From: Candidatus Omnitrophota bacterium
Lineage (GTDB): Bacteria > Omnitrophota > Omnitrophia > Omnitrophales > Aquincolibacteriaceae
Reading direction: 5' to 3'
Length of the DNA stretch: 64,000 bases
Assembly: GCA_041674705.1 (NCBI GenBank)
Contig: JBAYVF010000001.1
Span: forward strand, 129,238-193,237
Shown: positions 46,464 to 54,633 of the stretch, one piece after another
Numbering within the stretch: the stretch's first letter is position 1
Layout of the letters: each line of letters starts with the position of its first letter
Made by a program: the position numbers and the translations under genes
The notes under the pieces: model-generated
What the model saw: only the letters and a program-made list of their open reading frames with translations
The model's database searches: none
Told to the model about the DNA's origin: nothing

Positions 46464-47398
46464 GAAATTGGCTCGTCCATAATTGGGGACTGAAGATCAT
46501 CTCTTTGGTGCTTGCGGTCGGGACATGGTATTACGCCGTGGGTGAAGAAAATATCGAGGTCATGCGCGTGATCCCGCTCAAGATCCAGATGAGCAGTACG
46601 GAAATGACGGTTTCCGAGATCTCCACGAAGGTCGTTCAGGTCACTTTGTCCGCGCCGCGCGCGCTGATCGTAAACCTTGCGAGTCAGGATATTCAGGCGG
46701 TGCACAAGATCGGCCCGGAGATCAAGACTGCGGGAGAATATTCTTTCCGTCTGGAGCCGGCCGAGATCAATGTCCCGAGCTTTCAGATCCGCGTCATCAA
46801 GATCGTGCCCGAGATCATGACGGTGAAGCTGGATGAGGTGATCGTCCAGAAGCTCGAGATCGAGCCGGATTTTGTCGGAGAGCCCGCGGTCGGCTACAAA
46901 CTTCTCGGGGAGGATTTACGCATGGATCCGAACGCTATTCTTACGAAGGGCCCCAAAGGGGTGCTGGAAAAAATGAAATCCGCGAAGACCGCACCGATTG
47001 ATCTGGTGGGGCGTATCCGTTCTTTTTATCGCACGGTTGAGGTGAAGCTGCCGCCCGGCGTCAAGCCCATGAGCGAATCTCTCGTGAATGTTTATATTCC
47101 TATCCGCGAAGAATTCGGCGAAAAGGAACTTAAGGACGTTCCGGTGCGCATTTTGAGATCTCCCGCGGCGAGCGGTGTCGCGGACCTTAATCCGGACAAG
47201 GTGACCCTGGTGCTCAAGGGGTCCAAACTTTCTCTCGAAAAACTTACTCCCGAGACCCTCCTGGCTTACGTGGATCTCGCGGACCTGAAAAAAGGGGATT
47301 ATGACCTGGAACTTCAAGTCGTTTTACCCGAGGCCGTGAGCTTGAAAGACAAAGAGCCGATCAAGATCAAAACCGCGATCCGGTCTCTGACCCAGTAA
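46460..47398 (+). CDS. cdaR: CdaR (YbbR-domain) regulator of CdaA
   Basis: N-terminal TM helix, repeated YbbR-like beta domains, start overlaps the cdaA stop. Confidence 0.78.
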   Translation: MRNWLVHNWGLKIISLVLAVGTWYYAVGEENIEVMRVIPLKIQMSSTEMTVSEISTKVVQVTLSAPRALIVNLASQDIQAVHKIGPEIKTAGEYSFRLEPAEINVPSFQIRVIKIVPEIMTVKLDEVIVQKLEIEPDFVGEPAVGYKLLGEDLRMDPNAILTKGPKGVLEKMKSAKTAPIDLVGRIRSFYRTVEVKLPPGVKPMSESLVNVYIPIREEFGEKELKDVPVRILRSPAASGVADLNPDKVTLVLKGSKLSLEKLTPETLLAYVDLADLKKGDYDLELQVVLPEAVSLKDKEPIKIKTAIRSLTQ

Positions 47399-47405
47399 TC
47401 CTCCC

Positions 47406-48140
47406 ATGACGACCCGAATCCTTTTAAAAAAACTCGGCGTTAATATCGATCATGTTGCGACATTGCGCCAGGCGCGTCTTGGGGAAGAGCCTTCCGTCCT
47501 GGAGGCCGCGCTCGAAGCGGAGCAAGGCGGGGCCGACAGTATTACGGTTCATTTGCGCGAAGATCGTCGTCACATCCAGGATGCGGACGTTTTTGAGCTC
47601 ATGGAAAAGATCTATGTTCCTCTCAATCTCGAGATGTCCGTCTCGTCCGAGATCCTGAAACTCGCCCTTAAAGTGAGACCCGCAAAGGCATGTCTCGTTC
47701 CCGAAAAGCGGAAAGAACTGACGACCGAGGGGGGCCTCGACCTTTTTTCAAAAAAGAACCCCTTGATCCGGACGGTCGACGCGCTTTTGGCGAAAAAAGT
47801 CGAGGTCAGCCTTTTTATTGATCCGGTGGAAACCCAAGTGCAAGAAGCCTCCCGGCTTGGCGCGTACGCGATCGAGATCCATACGGGATCGTATGCGAAT
47901 GCCGAGGGAAAGAAAAAAGAAAAGGAGCTTCTGCGCGTTTGTGAGGCCGCGCGGTTGGGCCACAAACTCGGGCTTCGAATCCATGCCGGGCATGGGCTTA
48001 ATTACGAGAATATTTTTCCGCTGCTTGCGATCCCGGAGATCATCGAATTCAATATCGGGCATTCCATCATCAGCCGCGCCATGTTCGTTGGATTAGCCAA
48101 AGCTGTCCAGGAAATGAAGAAAATAATTAGTACGAAGTAA
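47406..48140 (+). CDS. pdxJ: pyridoxine 5'-phosphate synthase
   Basis: LGVNIDHVATLRQAR and HLREDRRHI motifs. Confidence 0.93.
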   Translation: MTTRILLKKLGVNIDHVATLRQARLGEEPSVLEAALEAEQGGADSITVHLREDRRHIQDADVFELMEKIYVPLNLEMSVSSEILKLALKVRPAKACLVPEKRKELTTEGGLDLFSKKNPLIRTVDALLAKKVEVSLFIDPVETQVQEASRLGAYAIEIHTGSYANAEGKKKEKELLRVCEAARLGHKLGLRIHAGHGLNYENIFPLLAIPEIIEFNIGHSIISRAMFVGLAKAVQEMKKIISTK

Positions 48141-48207
48141 GGAGTACGGAGTACGGCGTAAAAACAAAGCCAAAGACTCCGTACCCCGTACGCCGTACGC
48201 CTTACTC
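48129..48207. repeat. imperfect hairpin with AGTACGG / CCGTACG tandem-heptamer arms
   Basis: 48136-48160 pairs with 48182-48206 at 22 of 25 positions, with a mismatch recurring every 7 nt. Overlaps the pdxJ stop codon. Confidence 0.7.
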
Positions 48208-48210
48208 AAA

Positions 48211-49074
48211 ATGAATATCCACACAATCGCTAAAAAATTAAAACGTCCTGCGACGGCGCACAAAGGCACATTCGGCCGCGTCTTCATCCTCGCGGGATCC
48301 CGCGGTATGACGGGCGCGGCGAACCTTACCGGGATGGCGGCGCTTCGTTCCGGCGCCGGGCTTGTGACGGTCGGTGTCCCCGATGCGGTCTATCTCATTG
48401 TTGCCAAGCGGGATTCCGAACTGATGATCCGGCCCTTGCCCTCGACTCCCCAAGGAACGCTTTCCCTGAAAGGCTTTTCGGAGATCAAACGGTTCTGTGC
48501 CACACAAAATGTTCTTGCGATCGGCCCCGGACTTTCCCAGCAGAACACCACCCAGCAACTTCTTCGCAAGGTCCTCGCAGCGGCAGAACTTCCGCTTGTG
48601 ATTGACGCCGACGGACTTAATGCTTTGAAAGGGCATCTCAAGGTGTTGGCGGTTTGTTGCGGCCGTGCGGTGCTTACGCCGCATCCCGGAGAATTTGTGC
48701 GCGTCTTCGGCGGAAAACTGGATGATTCGGATGCACTCCGGAAAAAACGGGCTTTGGAAACGGCGAAAAAGCACGACGTGGTAATCGTTCTCAAAGGACA
48801 TCGCACAGTGATTGCTACGCCCGAGGGAGATTGTCATATCAACGCGACCGGCAACCCCGGTATGGCGACCGCGGGCTCAGGCGATGTGCTGACCGGAATG
48901 ATTGCAGCGCTTATAGGCCAGGGGCTTTCTACTTTTGAAGCGGCATGCCTCGGCGTTCATGTCCATGGCTTGGCCGGGGATATGGCCGCGAAAAAAATCG
49001 GTCCAACGAGCATGATTGCGGGCGATTTATTACGTTTTCTTCCGAACGCTTTCAAGACACTCATCCCTTTCTGA
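48211..49074 (+). CDS. nnrD: ADP-dependent NAD(P)H-hydrate dehydratase
   Basis: HKGTFGRVFILAGSRGMTGAA and GSGDVLTG motifs (YjeF C-terminal domain). Confidence 0.88.
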   Translation: MNIHTIAKKLKRPATAHKGTFGRVFILAGSRGMTGAANLTGMAALRSGAGLVTVGVPDAVYLIVAKRDSELMIRPLPSTPQGTLSLKGFSEIKRFCATQNVLAIGPGLSQQNTTQQLLRKVLAAAELPLVIDADGLNALKGHLKVLAVCCGRAVLTPHPGEFVRVFGGKLDDSDALRKKRALETAKKHDVVIVLKGHRTVIATPEGDCHINATGNPGMATAGSGDVLTGMIAALIGQGLSTFEAACLGVHVHGLAGDMAAKKIGPTSMIAGDLLRFLPNAFKTLIPF

Positions 49075-49083
49075 CCCCCGGGT

Positions 49084-50034
49084 ATGAATCCTTTTGACGC
49101 TTATAAAAATTGCACGCTTTGTCCTCGCGATTGTAAAGTTGATCGGACGCAAGGAAAACGAGGTTTCTGCGGAGAAAGCGCGACTTGCGCGGTCGCATTT
49201 CTTGGCCCTCATTTCGGCGAAGAGCCTTCTTTTGCAGGCTCCCGGGGTTCCGGTACGATCTTCTTCAGCGGCTGTTCCAGCCAGTGTTTTTTCTGTCAAA
49301 ATCACCAGATCTCGATCCAGCATGACGGCCGGGCGGTGACTCCGGCGGAACTTTTCTTCGAAGTTAAAGAACTTGTCCGGAAAAAAGTCCACAATCTCAA
49401 TTTTGTAACACCGGACCATTTCTGGCCGCATATCCAGGTGCTTTGCCAGGCGCTCCGGGAAGAAGGAATTAAGATCCCCAGGCTTTTTAACTGCTCCGGG
49501 TATCAGAAAGCGGAAAAGGTGAAAGAATACGCTCAGGAGATGGATATTTTTCTTCCCGATTTTAAATTCGCGGAGCCAGAACTTGCGAAGATGTGCATGG
49601 GGGATGCGCGCTATCCCGAAATCGCTCTGAAAGCGCTCCGGGAGATGATTCAATTCAAGGGTTTTCTCGAACCCTGGGATACGACGGGGCTCCAGACGGC
49701 CAGCCGGGGAGTCCTTGTTCGGCATCTGGTGCTGCCAGGGTATGCGGAGAACAGCCTGAAGGTCTTAAAACTTTTGCATAAGGAATTCGGGTCCGGGATC
49801 CCGCTTTCTGTGATGAGCCAGTTCCGGCCAGTGGCAGAATGTTGCAAGCGGCATGAGCTTGAGCGGACCGTCAGGATCAAGGAGTATGAACAGGTCCTGG
49901 AGCTTGTGATCAAGCTCGGCTTCGAAAGGGTTTACACGCAGGAACTCAAGGAAGAGACGGCTTTTTTACCCGATTTTAAAAACCCCAAGAATCCGTTTCC
50001 CGGCAATAAGAAACGGAGGGAGGATGGTGGATGA
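49084..50034 (+). CDS. radical SAM protein, PflX-like activase family
   Basis: N-terminal CPRDC...C cluster and radical SAM CSSQCFFC motif. Confidence 0.78.
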   Translation: MNPFDAYKNCTLCPRDCKVDRTQGKRGFCGESATCAVAFLGPHFGEEPSFAGSRGSGTIFFSGCSSQCFFCQNHQISIQHDGRAVTPAELFFEVKELVRKKVHNLNFVTPDHFWPHIQVLCQALREEGIKIPRLFNCSGYQKAEKVKEYAQEMDIFLPDFKFAEPELAKMCMGDARYPEIALKALREMIQFKGFLEPWDTTGLQTASRGVLVRHLVLPGYAENSLKVLKLLHKEFGSGIPLSVMSQFRPVAECCKRHELERTVRIKEYEQVLELVIKLGFERVYTQELKEETAFLPDFKNPKNPFPGNKKRREDGG

Positions 50035-50087
50035 CGGATGGCGACAGGCTTGTTTTTTCTCCATCCACCCTCCGATCTCCTCCATCC
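50015..50087. repeat. imperfect hairpin with GGATGG / CCATCC heptad-periodic arms
   Basis: Left arm GATGGTG GATGACG GATGGCG and right arm CTCCATC CACCCTC CGATCTC CTCCATC. About 19 of 27 positions are complementary. Overlaps the stop codon. Confidence 0.55.
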
Positions 50088-50155
50088 AATTGTAAAACAC
50101 TGGCTATTGGTTAGACCGCGGATATATAATTGAGCATTAAAATCCAGAGAAAATT

Positions 50156-50827
50156 ATGAAAAAATCGGTCACATTATCCCCCTCAGCGCTGAGTCTTTTT
50201 AAGAATTGTCCGCGATGTTTTTGGCTTGAGAAGGTCAAAAATATCAAGCGGCCGCGCGGTATTTTCCCCTCACTTCCCGGCGGCATGGATCGTGTGATCA
50301 AGACCTATTTTGACGCTTTTCGCGCCCAAGGGACGCTTCCTCCGGAACTTCGCATCGATGCATTCAAAGGCATTCATCTTTATGACAACCAGGCCCAGCT
50401 TGAGAATTGGCGCGCCTGGCGCACCGGGCTTCAATATCATGAGAATGGCGAGGTTCTCTCAGGGATGCTCGATGATCTTCTCGTTAAAGACGGGGCTTAT
50501 ATCCCGTTCGACTATAAGACCAAAGGCTCGCCTACGAATGAAGAGGATGCGACCAAGTATTATCAGACTCAGCTGGATTGTTACGCGCTGATGCTCGAGG
50601 GGAACGGGCTCAAAACCGCCGGGTATGGTTTTCTGCTTTATTACTCGCCCAAAGAAGTCGGAGAAAATGGCCAGGTGAGTTTTGAGATCCAGCCGATCCG
50701 GATCGGAACGGATACGGCGCGCGCGAAGGATCTATTCCATCAGGCGCTAGCGATCTTAACCGGCCCCGCGCCCAAAGCGGCGCCGAAGTGCGAATATTGT
50801 AGCTGGTTAGATAAGTTCAGAAAGTAA
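50156..50827 (+). CDS. PD-(D/E)XK nuclease, Cas4/RecB-like with four Cys
   Basis: D...FDYKTK catalytic motif, QLDCY motif, N-terminal CPRC and C-terminal CEYC. Confidence 0.68.
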   Translation: MKKSVTLSPSALSLFKNCPRCFWLEKVKNIKRPRGIFPSLPGGMDRVIKTYFDAFRAQGTLPPELRIDAFKGIHLYDNQAQLENWRAWRTGLQYHENGEVLSGMLDDLLVKDGAYIPFDYKTKGSPTNEEDATKYYQTQLDCYALMLEGNGLKTAGYGFLLYYSPKEVGENGQVSFEIQPIRIGTDTARAKDLFHQALAILTGPAPKAAPKCEYCSWLDKFRK

Positions 50828-50836
50828 GATGGCTTG

Positions 50837-50957
50837 CCCCGTTAGAGATTTTCAGGAACGAGGGTATAATAGCGTTCCACCTTTAAATGGGATTAATGTG
50901 AAAGAGAAGCGCAATTTTACGGAAGCGATTTAAAATCGCTTCCTATCTCTAACGGGG
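50837..50957. repeat. MITE-like element with CCCCGTTAGAGAT / ATCTCTAACGGGG inverted termini (copy C)
   Basis: Termini are identical to copy A. It shares GGCTTG 5' flank identity and the subterminal GGAAGCG-loop-CGCTTCC hairpin. Confidence 0.7.
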
Positions 50958-51044
50958 CTTGAGAAATTCAGGAAGTGACCCGAAAATCAAAACCCGGTTT
51001 TGGAAAGCACGCAAAACCAGGTTTTTAAAAGAACGGGGTGAATT

Positions 51045-51329
51045 ATGACGCAGGAGACAACTTTAAAAGTTCTTGTCGAAAAACCAACGGCCCAGAAATT
51101 ACAGGCTTTGAATGTTTTTTCGTGGCCCATTTGGACGAAAGAGGTTTCGAGCTTTGACTGGTTTTACGATGAGCAAGAGATCTGTTATTTTCTGGAAGGC
51201 GAAGTGACTGTGAAGACTCCGCAGGGCGAGGTCTCGTTTGGGAAAGGGGATCTCGTCACATTTCCCCAAGGACTCAAGTGCGTGTGGAATATCAAGCGAG
51301 CCGTCAAAAAACATTACAAGTTCGGATGA
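51045..51329 (+). CDS. small cupin-fold protein (DUF861-like)
   Basis: WPIW...E.CY.LEG...V...G beta-barrel pattern; 94 aa. Confidence 0.65.
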   Translation: MTQETTLKVLVEKPTAQKLQALNVFSWPIWTKEVSSFDWFYDEQEICYFLEGEVTVKTPQGEVSFGKGDLVTFPQGLKCVWNIKRAVKKHYKFG

Positions 51330-51407
51330 GGGGATGGGGACTTTCCCCCAGCCACTCACCCTGAGCGAAGCCAAGGGTTTCCTTTAAAATATTAACGAAA
51401 GGTATTT

Positions 51408-51833
51408 ATGACAACGCCTACTCCTAAAACGAACGCCATGCTTATCTGCGATTATGTGATCACCGAGCGTGGCACGAACAAGAAAAGCCTGATCGGTGTT
51501 TTCGAAAATATCGGGGCGGCGACTTTCCCGTGCACGCACTTCGCTCTTTCGGTCTATATCAAATTGACCGATGCGCAGGGAGGCTACCATTTCCGGCTCG
51601 AGCTCGTGGATCTGCAAAGCGATGCCATGATCGGCAAAAGCGAAATGCCCGAGGAAGTGCGTGTGCCGAGCCCGCTCGACGCCCATGAATTGGTGTTCAA
51701 TCTCCGGGGAGTTCGTTTCATGCACGCGGGGAATTACGAATTCCGGATCTTCGCCAATGACAGGATCTTCGGGCAGAAGAAACTTGTGGTAGAGCAGATC
51801 GATCCGAATGCGCAAAATCCAGGGCCCCAATAA
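51408..51833 (+). CDS. hypothetical beta-rich protein
   Basis: GAAAGG RBS and tight packing with downstream genes; no motif I can name confidently. Confidence 0.5.
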   Translation: MTTPTPKTNAMLICDYVITERGTNKKSLIGVFENIGAATFPCTHFALSVYIKLTDAQGGYHFRLELVDLQSDAMIGKSEMPEEVRVPSPLDAHELVFNLRGVRFMHAGNYEFRIFANDRIFGQKKLVVEQIDPNAQNPGPQ

Positions 51834-51834
51834 T

Positions 51835-52389
51835 ATGCCAAAAACAGCGCTTGTGATCCTGGCGGAAGGGTTTGAAGAAGTCGAGGCGATCGCGCCGGTC
51901 GATTTTCTGAGACGCGCGGGAGTTCGGGTGACCCTGGCGGGCCTCAATTCCCTCATCGTCAAAGGATCGAGGCACATCGGAATCCAGACGGACGTACTTC
52001 TAAAAGAGGTCCAGGATCTTCCCGATGTTGTGATCCTTCCCGGAGGGCTTCCGGGAGCCACAAATCTTGCGAAATCCGGAGAAGTTACCGCCCTTATTCA
52101 AAAGATGAACGTGGCAGGGAAGCTTATTGCCGCGATCTGTGCCGCTCCCGCGGTCGTGTTAGCGCCGCTCGGGATCCTTGAGGGCAAGAAAGCGACTTGT
52201 TATCCCGGTTGTGAATCCGATTTTTCAAAAAAAACAGCTCACTCCAAGGAACGGGTTGTTGTGGATGGGAATATTATTACAAGCCAAGGTCCCGGCACAG
52301 CCCTGGAATTTGCGCTCGAAATAGCCGTCCGGCTTGCGGGAAAAGAGATGGCTGAAAATGTCCGCGGCAAAATGTTGATCAAGGACTAG
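51835..52389 (+). CDS. DJ-1/PfpI family protein
   Basis: ALVILAEGFEEVEA, nucleophile elbow AAICAAP. Confidence 0.88.
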   Translation: MPKTALVILAEGFEEVEAIAPVDFLRRAGVRVTLAGLNSLIVKGSRHIGIQTDVLLKEVQDLPDVVILPGGLPGATNLAKSGEVTALIQKMNVAGKLIAAICAAPAVVLAPLGILEGKKATCYPGCESDFSKKTAHSKERVVVDGNIITSQGPGTALEFALEIAVRLAGKEMAENVRGKMLIKD

Positions 52390-52394
52390 CCTCC

Positions 52395-52901
52395 ATGAAA
52401 TTTTTTGAGATCGAACAGAAATACAAAATGACGGATCCGAAACGAGTTCGAGCGGCTCTCAAAAAAATGGGCGCCCGGAAGATCGCCGGGGGGACCGAAA
52501 CAAACGAATTTTTCGATCTCGGGAAGCAGCTCAGGGAAAGACGGCTTGCCATGAGGCTGCGAACCTACGGGAAGAAGGCTGTGCTGACGCTCAAAGGTCC
52601 ACGGCTCAAATCCAGGTTCACGAAGCGTATGGAGATCGAAGCGCCCGTGGATTACGGGCCCTTAAAAACGATCCTTGGTCTTGCGGGGTTCAAGGTTGTT
52701 AAAGGCTACAAAAAAGAGCGAGAGCTCTACCGGCTTGGGCAAAGTCTCATCGCCCTGGATTGGCTTCCGCGGTTTGGACGGTTTCTCGAGATCGAAGGTC
52801 CGCTTCAGTCGATCCCGCGAATCGAGAAAAAACTGGGACTTCGGGACAGCGATCGTGAAGAACGGTCTTATTTGCAGATGTTATTCAACTGGAAACAGTA
52901 A
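52395..52901 (+). CDS. CYTH-domain protein (class IV adenylate cyclase / triphosphatase-like)
   Basis: N-terminal EIEQKY (ExExK) signature. Confidence 0.8.
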   Translation: MKFFEIEQKYKMTDPKRVRAALKKMGARKIAGGTETNEFFDLGKQLRERRLAMRLRTYGKKAVLTLKGPRLKSRFTKRMEIEAPVDYGPLKTILGLAGFKVVKGYKKERELYRLGQSLIALDWLPRFGRFLEIEGPLQSIPRIEKKLGLRDSDREERSYLQMLFNWKQ

Positions 52902-52915
52902 AGGGAGAAGAATTT

Positions 52916-53482
52916 ATGGTTATTGCATCAGATATTCGGGTAGGAAACGTGATTCGCGTGGATGGAAAACTTTGCAAAGTGCTGACGCAGGAGATCCGGG
53001 GAACGGGGAAATTCGGCAAGAGCGCGATGCTCAAGCTCCGGAGCCTTGATGAAGGGAATGTGATCGAGAAGAAAATGTCCGCTGACGCGAATGCGGAGGA
53101 AGTGGACGTTCATATCGTGAAGATGCAGTATCTTTACCGTGAAGGCGACCATTTCATGTTCATGAATATGGAGAACTACGAGCAGTTTCCCTTGTCGGCA
53201 AAAGCGGTCGGCAAGCACGAGGTGTTCCTGCGGGAGAACGAAGTGATCGAGGTTCTTTTCGGGGAAGGGAAGGTCCTGAGCATTGCGTTCCCGAAGATCG
53301 TTGAACTCAAGGTGGTGAGCACGCCGAAAGGGATCGGGTCCGATGCGAATTTCAAGGAAGCGGAACTTGAGAACGGGCTTACGGTCCTTGTGCCTCAATT
53401 TGTGAGCGAGGGTGAAACCATTCGCCTTAATACCGATGACCTGAGCTATCTGGACCGGATTTCGGTCCGAAGTATGTCTTAA
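52916..53482 (+). CDS. efp: elongation factor P family protein
   Basis: Three-domain EF-P layout; beta3-beta4 loop GTGKFGK; C-terminal VLVPQFV...G..I...T motif. Confidence 0.82.
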   Translation: MVIASDIRVGNVIRVDGKLCKVLTQEIRGTGKFGKSAMLKLRSLDEGNVIEKKMSADANAEEVDVHIVKMQYLYREGDHFMFMNMENYEQFPLSAKAVGKHEVFLRENEVIEVLFGEGKVLSIAFPKIVELKVVSTPKGIGSDANFKEAELENGLTVLVPQFVSEGETIRLNTDDLSYLDRISVRSMS

Positions 53483-53518
53483 GAGTCCGGGGATACCCCA
53501 AGAATGCGGGAGGTTATC

Positions 53519-53923
53519 ATGACTACGGAGCACGCGGCGCATCATCGCAAGAAAAGAATTCTGGCGGTGGATGATGACGGGCTGGTAAGGCGATCGCTGG
53601 AGATCCTGCTCCGGGAGGCCGGTTATGATCCGACGGTGGCGAGCGGCGGACAGGAAGCGCTCGGATTTCTCGTCCAGCGCCATTTTGATCTTTTGATCAC
53701 CGATATGCGTATGCCGGGTATGGACGGACTTCAGGTCATTCAAGCTGTTCGGGATTACTGCCGTGAGACGAAAAGGCCCCCAATCCCCGAAATCGTCCTG
53801 ACCGCCTATAACGATGATCAGGTCAAGCAATCCGCGATCCGGTTAGGCGTTCGGGAATTTCTTCTCAAGCCCTTCAAGATCGATGAATTTTTGACGGTCC
53901 TGAAGCATAACTTGAGTCGTTAA
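53519..53923 (+). CDS. single-domain response regulator (CheY-like receiver)
   Basis: ILAVDDD, phospho-acceptor LLITDMRMPGMDG, conserved T and K positions; GGGAGG RBS. Confidence 0.85.
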   Translation: MTTEHAAHHRKKRILAVDDDGLVRRSLEILLREAGYDPTVASGGQEALGFLVQRHFDLLITDMRMPGMDGLQVIQAVRDYCRETKRPPIPEIVLTAYNDDQVKQSAIRLGVREFLLKPFKIDEFLTVLKHNLSR

Positions 53924-54105
53924 CTGCCATCAGGAAGATGAAAATTAGAGTTGAGACCGGTTGCATTTTTCTTAAGTGCTGCGTTATGGTCAACTTTACG
54001 GGTTCGCAGTACTTGCACCGTTAACCCGTAAAAATAAATGGAAAACAGGGCGAGATAAGGTATCATGCATCTATCCCAGCTTTAGATTTTTTTATGTAAG
54101 GGGTA

Positions 54106-54239
54106 GTTGGGACAGCCCTGATTTTTATTTTCTTTTCCTGGATGGTAATCAGGGCAGCCCCAATCTCAGCTTTGCTTCGATTGATTGGAATTGGGACTGC
54201 CCCAATTTCAACTTCGTTAAAATTGATAGGTATTGGGAC
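54106..54239. repeat. tandem array of about 3.5 REP/BIME-like palindromic units ending at the downstream ATG
   Basis: TTGGGAC-AG-CCCTGATT...AATCAGGGC-AG-CCCCAAT...ATTGGGAC-TG-CCCCAAT...ATTGGGAC, then C and the ATG at 54241. Confidence 0.85.
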
Positions 54240-54240
54240 C

Positions 54241-54612
54241 ATGAAATCGAACGATCTGGATTTTGAGATCTCATTCCTCGAAGGCGTTCTAAAACACCGC
54301 CCCAATTACATTGACGCCTTGGCCCCGCTCGCGGAGGCCTATACACGCCAAGGTCTCTTCGAAAAAGGTCTCGAGATCGATAAGCGGCTCGCTTTTCTCT
54401 GTCAGGATGATCCGGTGGTTCATTACAATCTTGCCTGCAGTTATGTCCTTTCCGGCTATACCGCAAAGGCCCTGACGGCGCTTCGGCAGGCAGTTCGCCT
54501 GGGATTCACGGACCTGGCGCATCTGGGAAAAGACCCGGACTTGAAGCCTCTGCGCGAGTATCCTCCGTTCCAGAAATGGCTTTTGACCCTTTCTCAAAAA
54601 ACAAAATCCTGA
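54241..54612 (+). CDS. small TPR-like protein
   Basis: TPR-type helices (ALAPLAEAYTRQGLFEKGLEI, VHYNLACSYVLSGYTAKAL). Confidence 0.62.
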   Translation: MKSNDLDFEISFLEGVLKHRPNYIDALAPLAEAYTRQGLFEKGLEIDKRLAFLCQDDPVVHYNLACSYVLSGYTAKALTALRQAVRLGFTDLAHLGKDPDLKPLREYPPFQKWLLTLSQKTKS

Positions 54613-54633
54613 AAAGATCCCTTCAAAACCTCT

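Noticed and set aside
54106-54239. Possible miniature CRISPR array (regularly spaced repeats of about 41 nt)
   Set aside because: The regularity comes from abutting palindromic units whose arms are the repeat. There are no unique spacers between constant repeats, the unit interiors are related to copies elsewhere in the window, and no cas genes are present.
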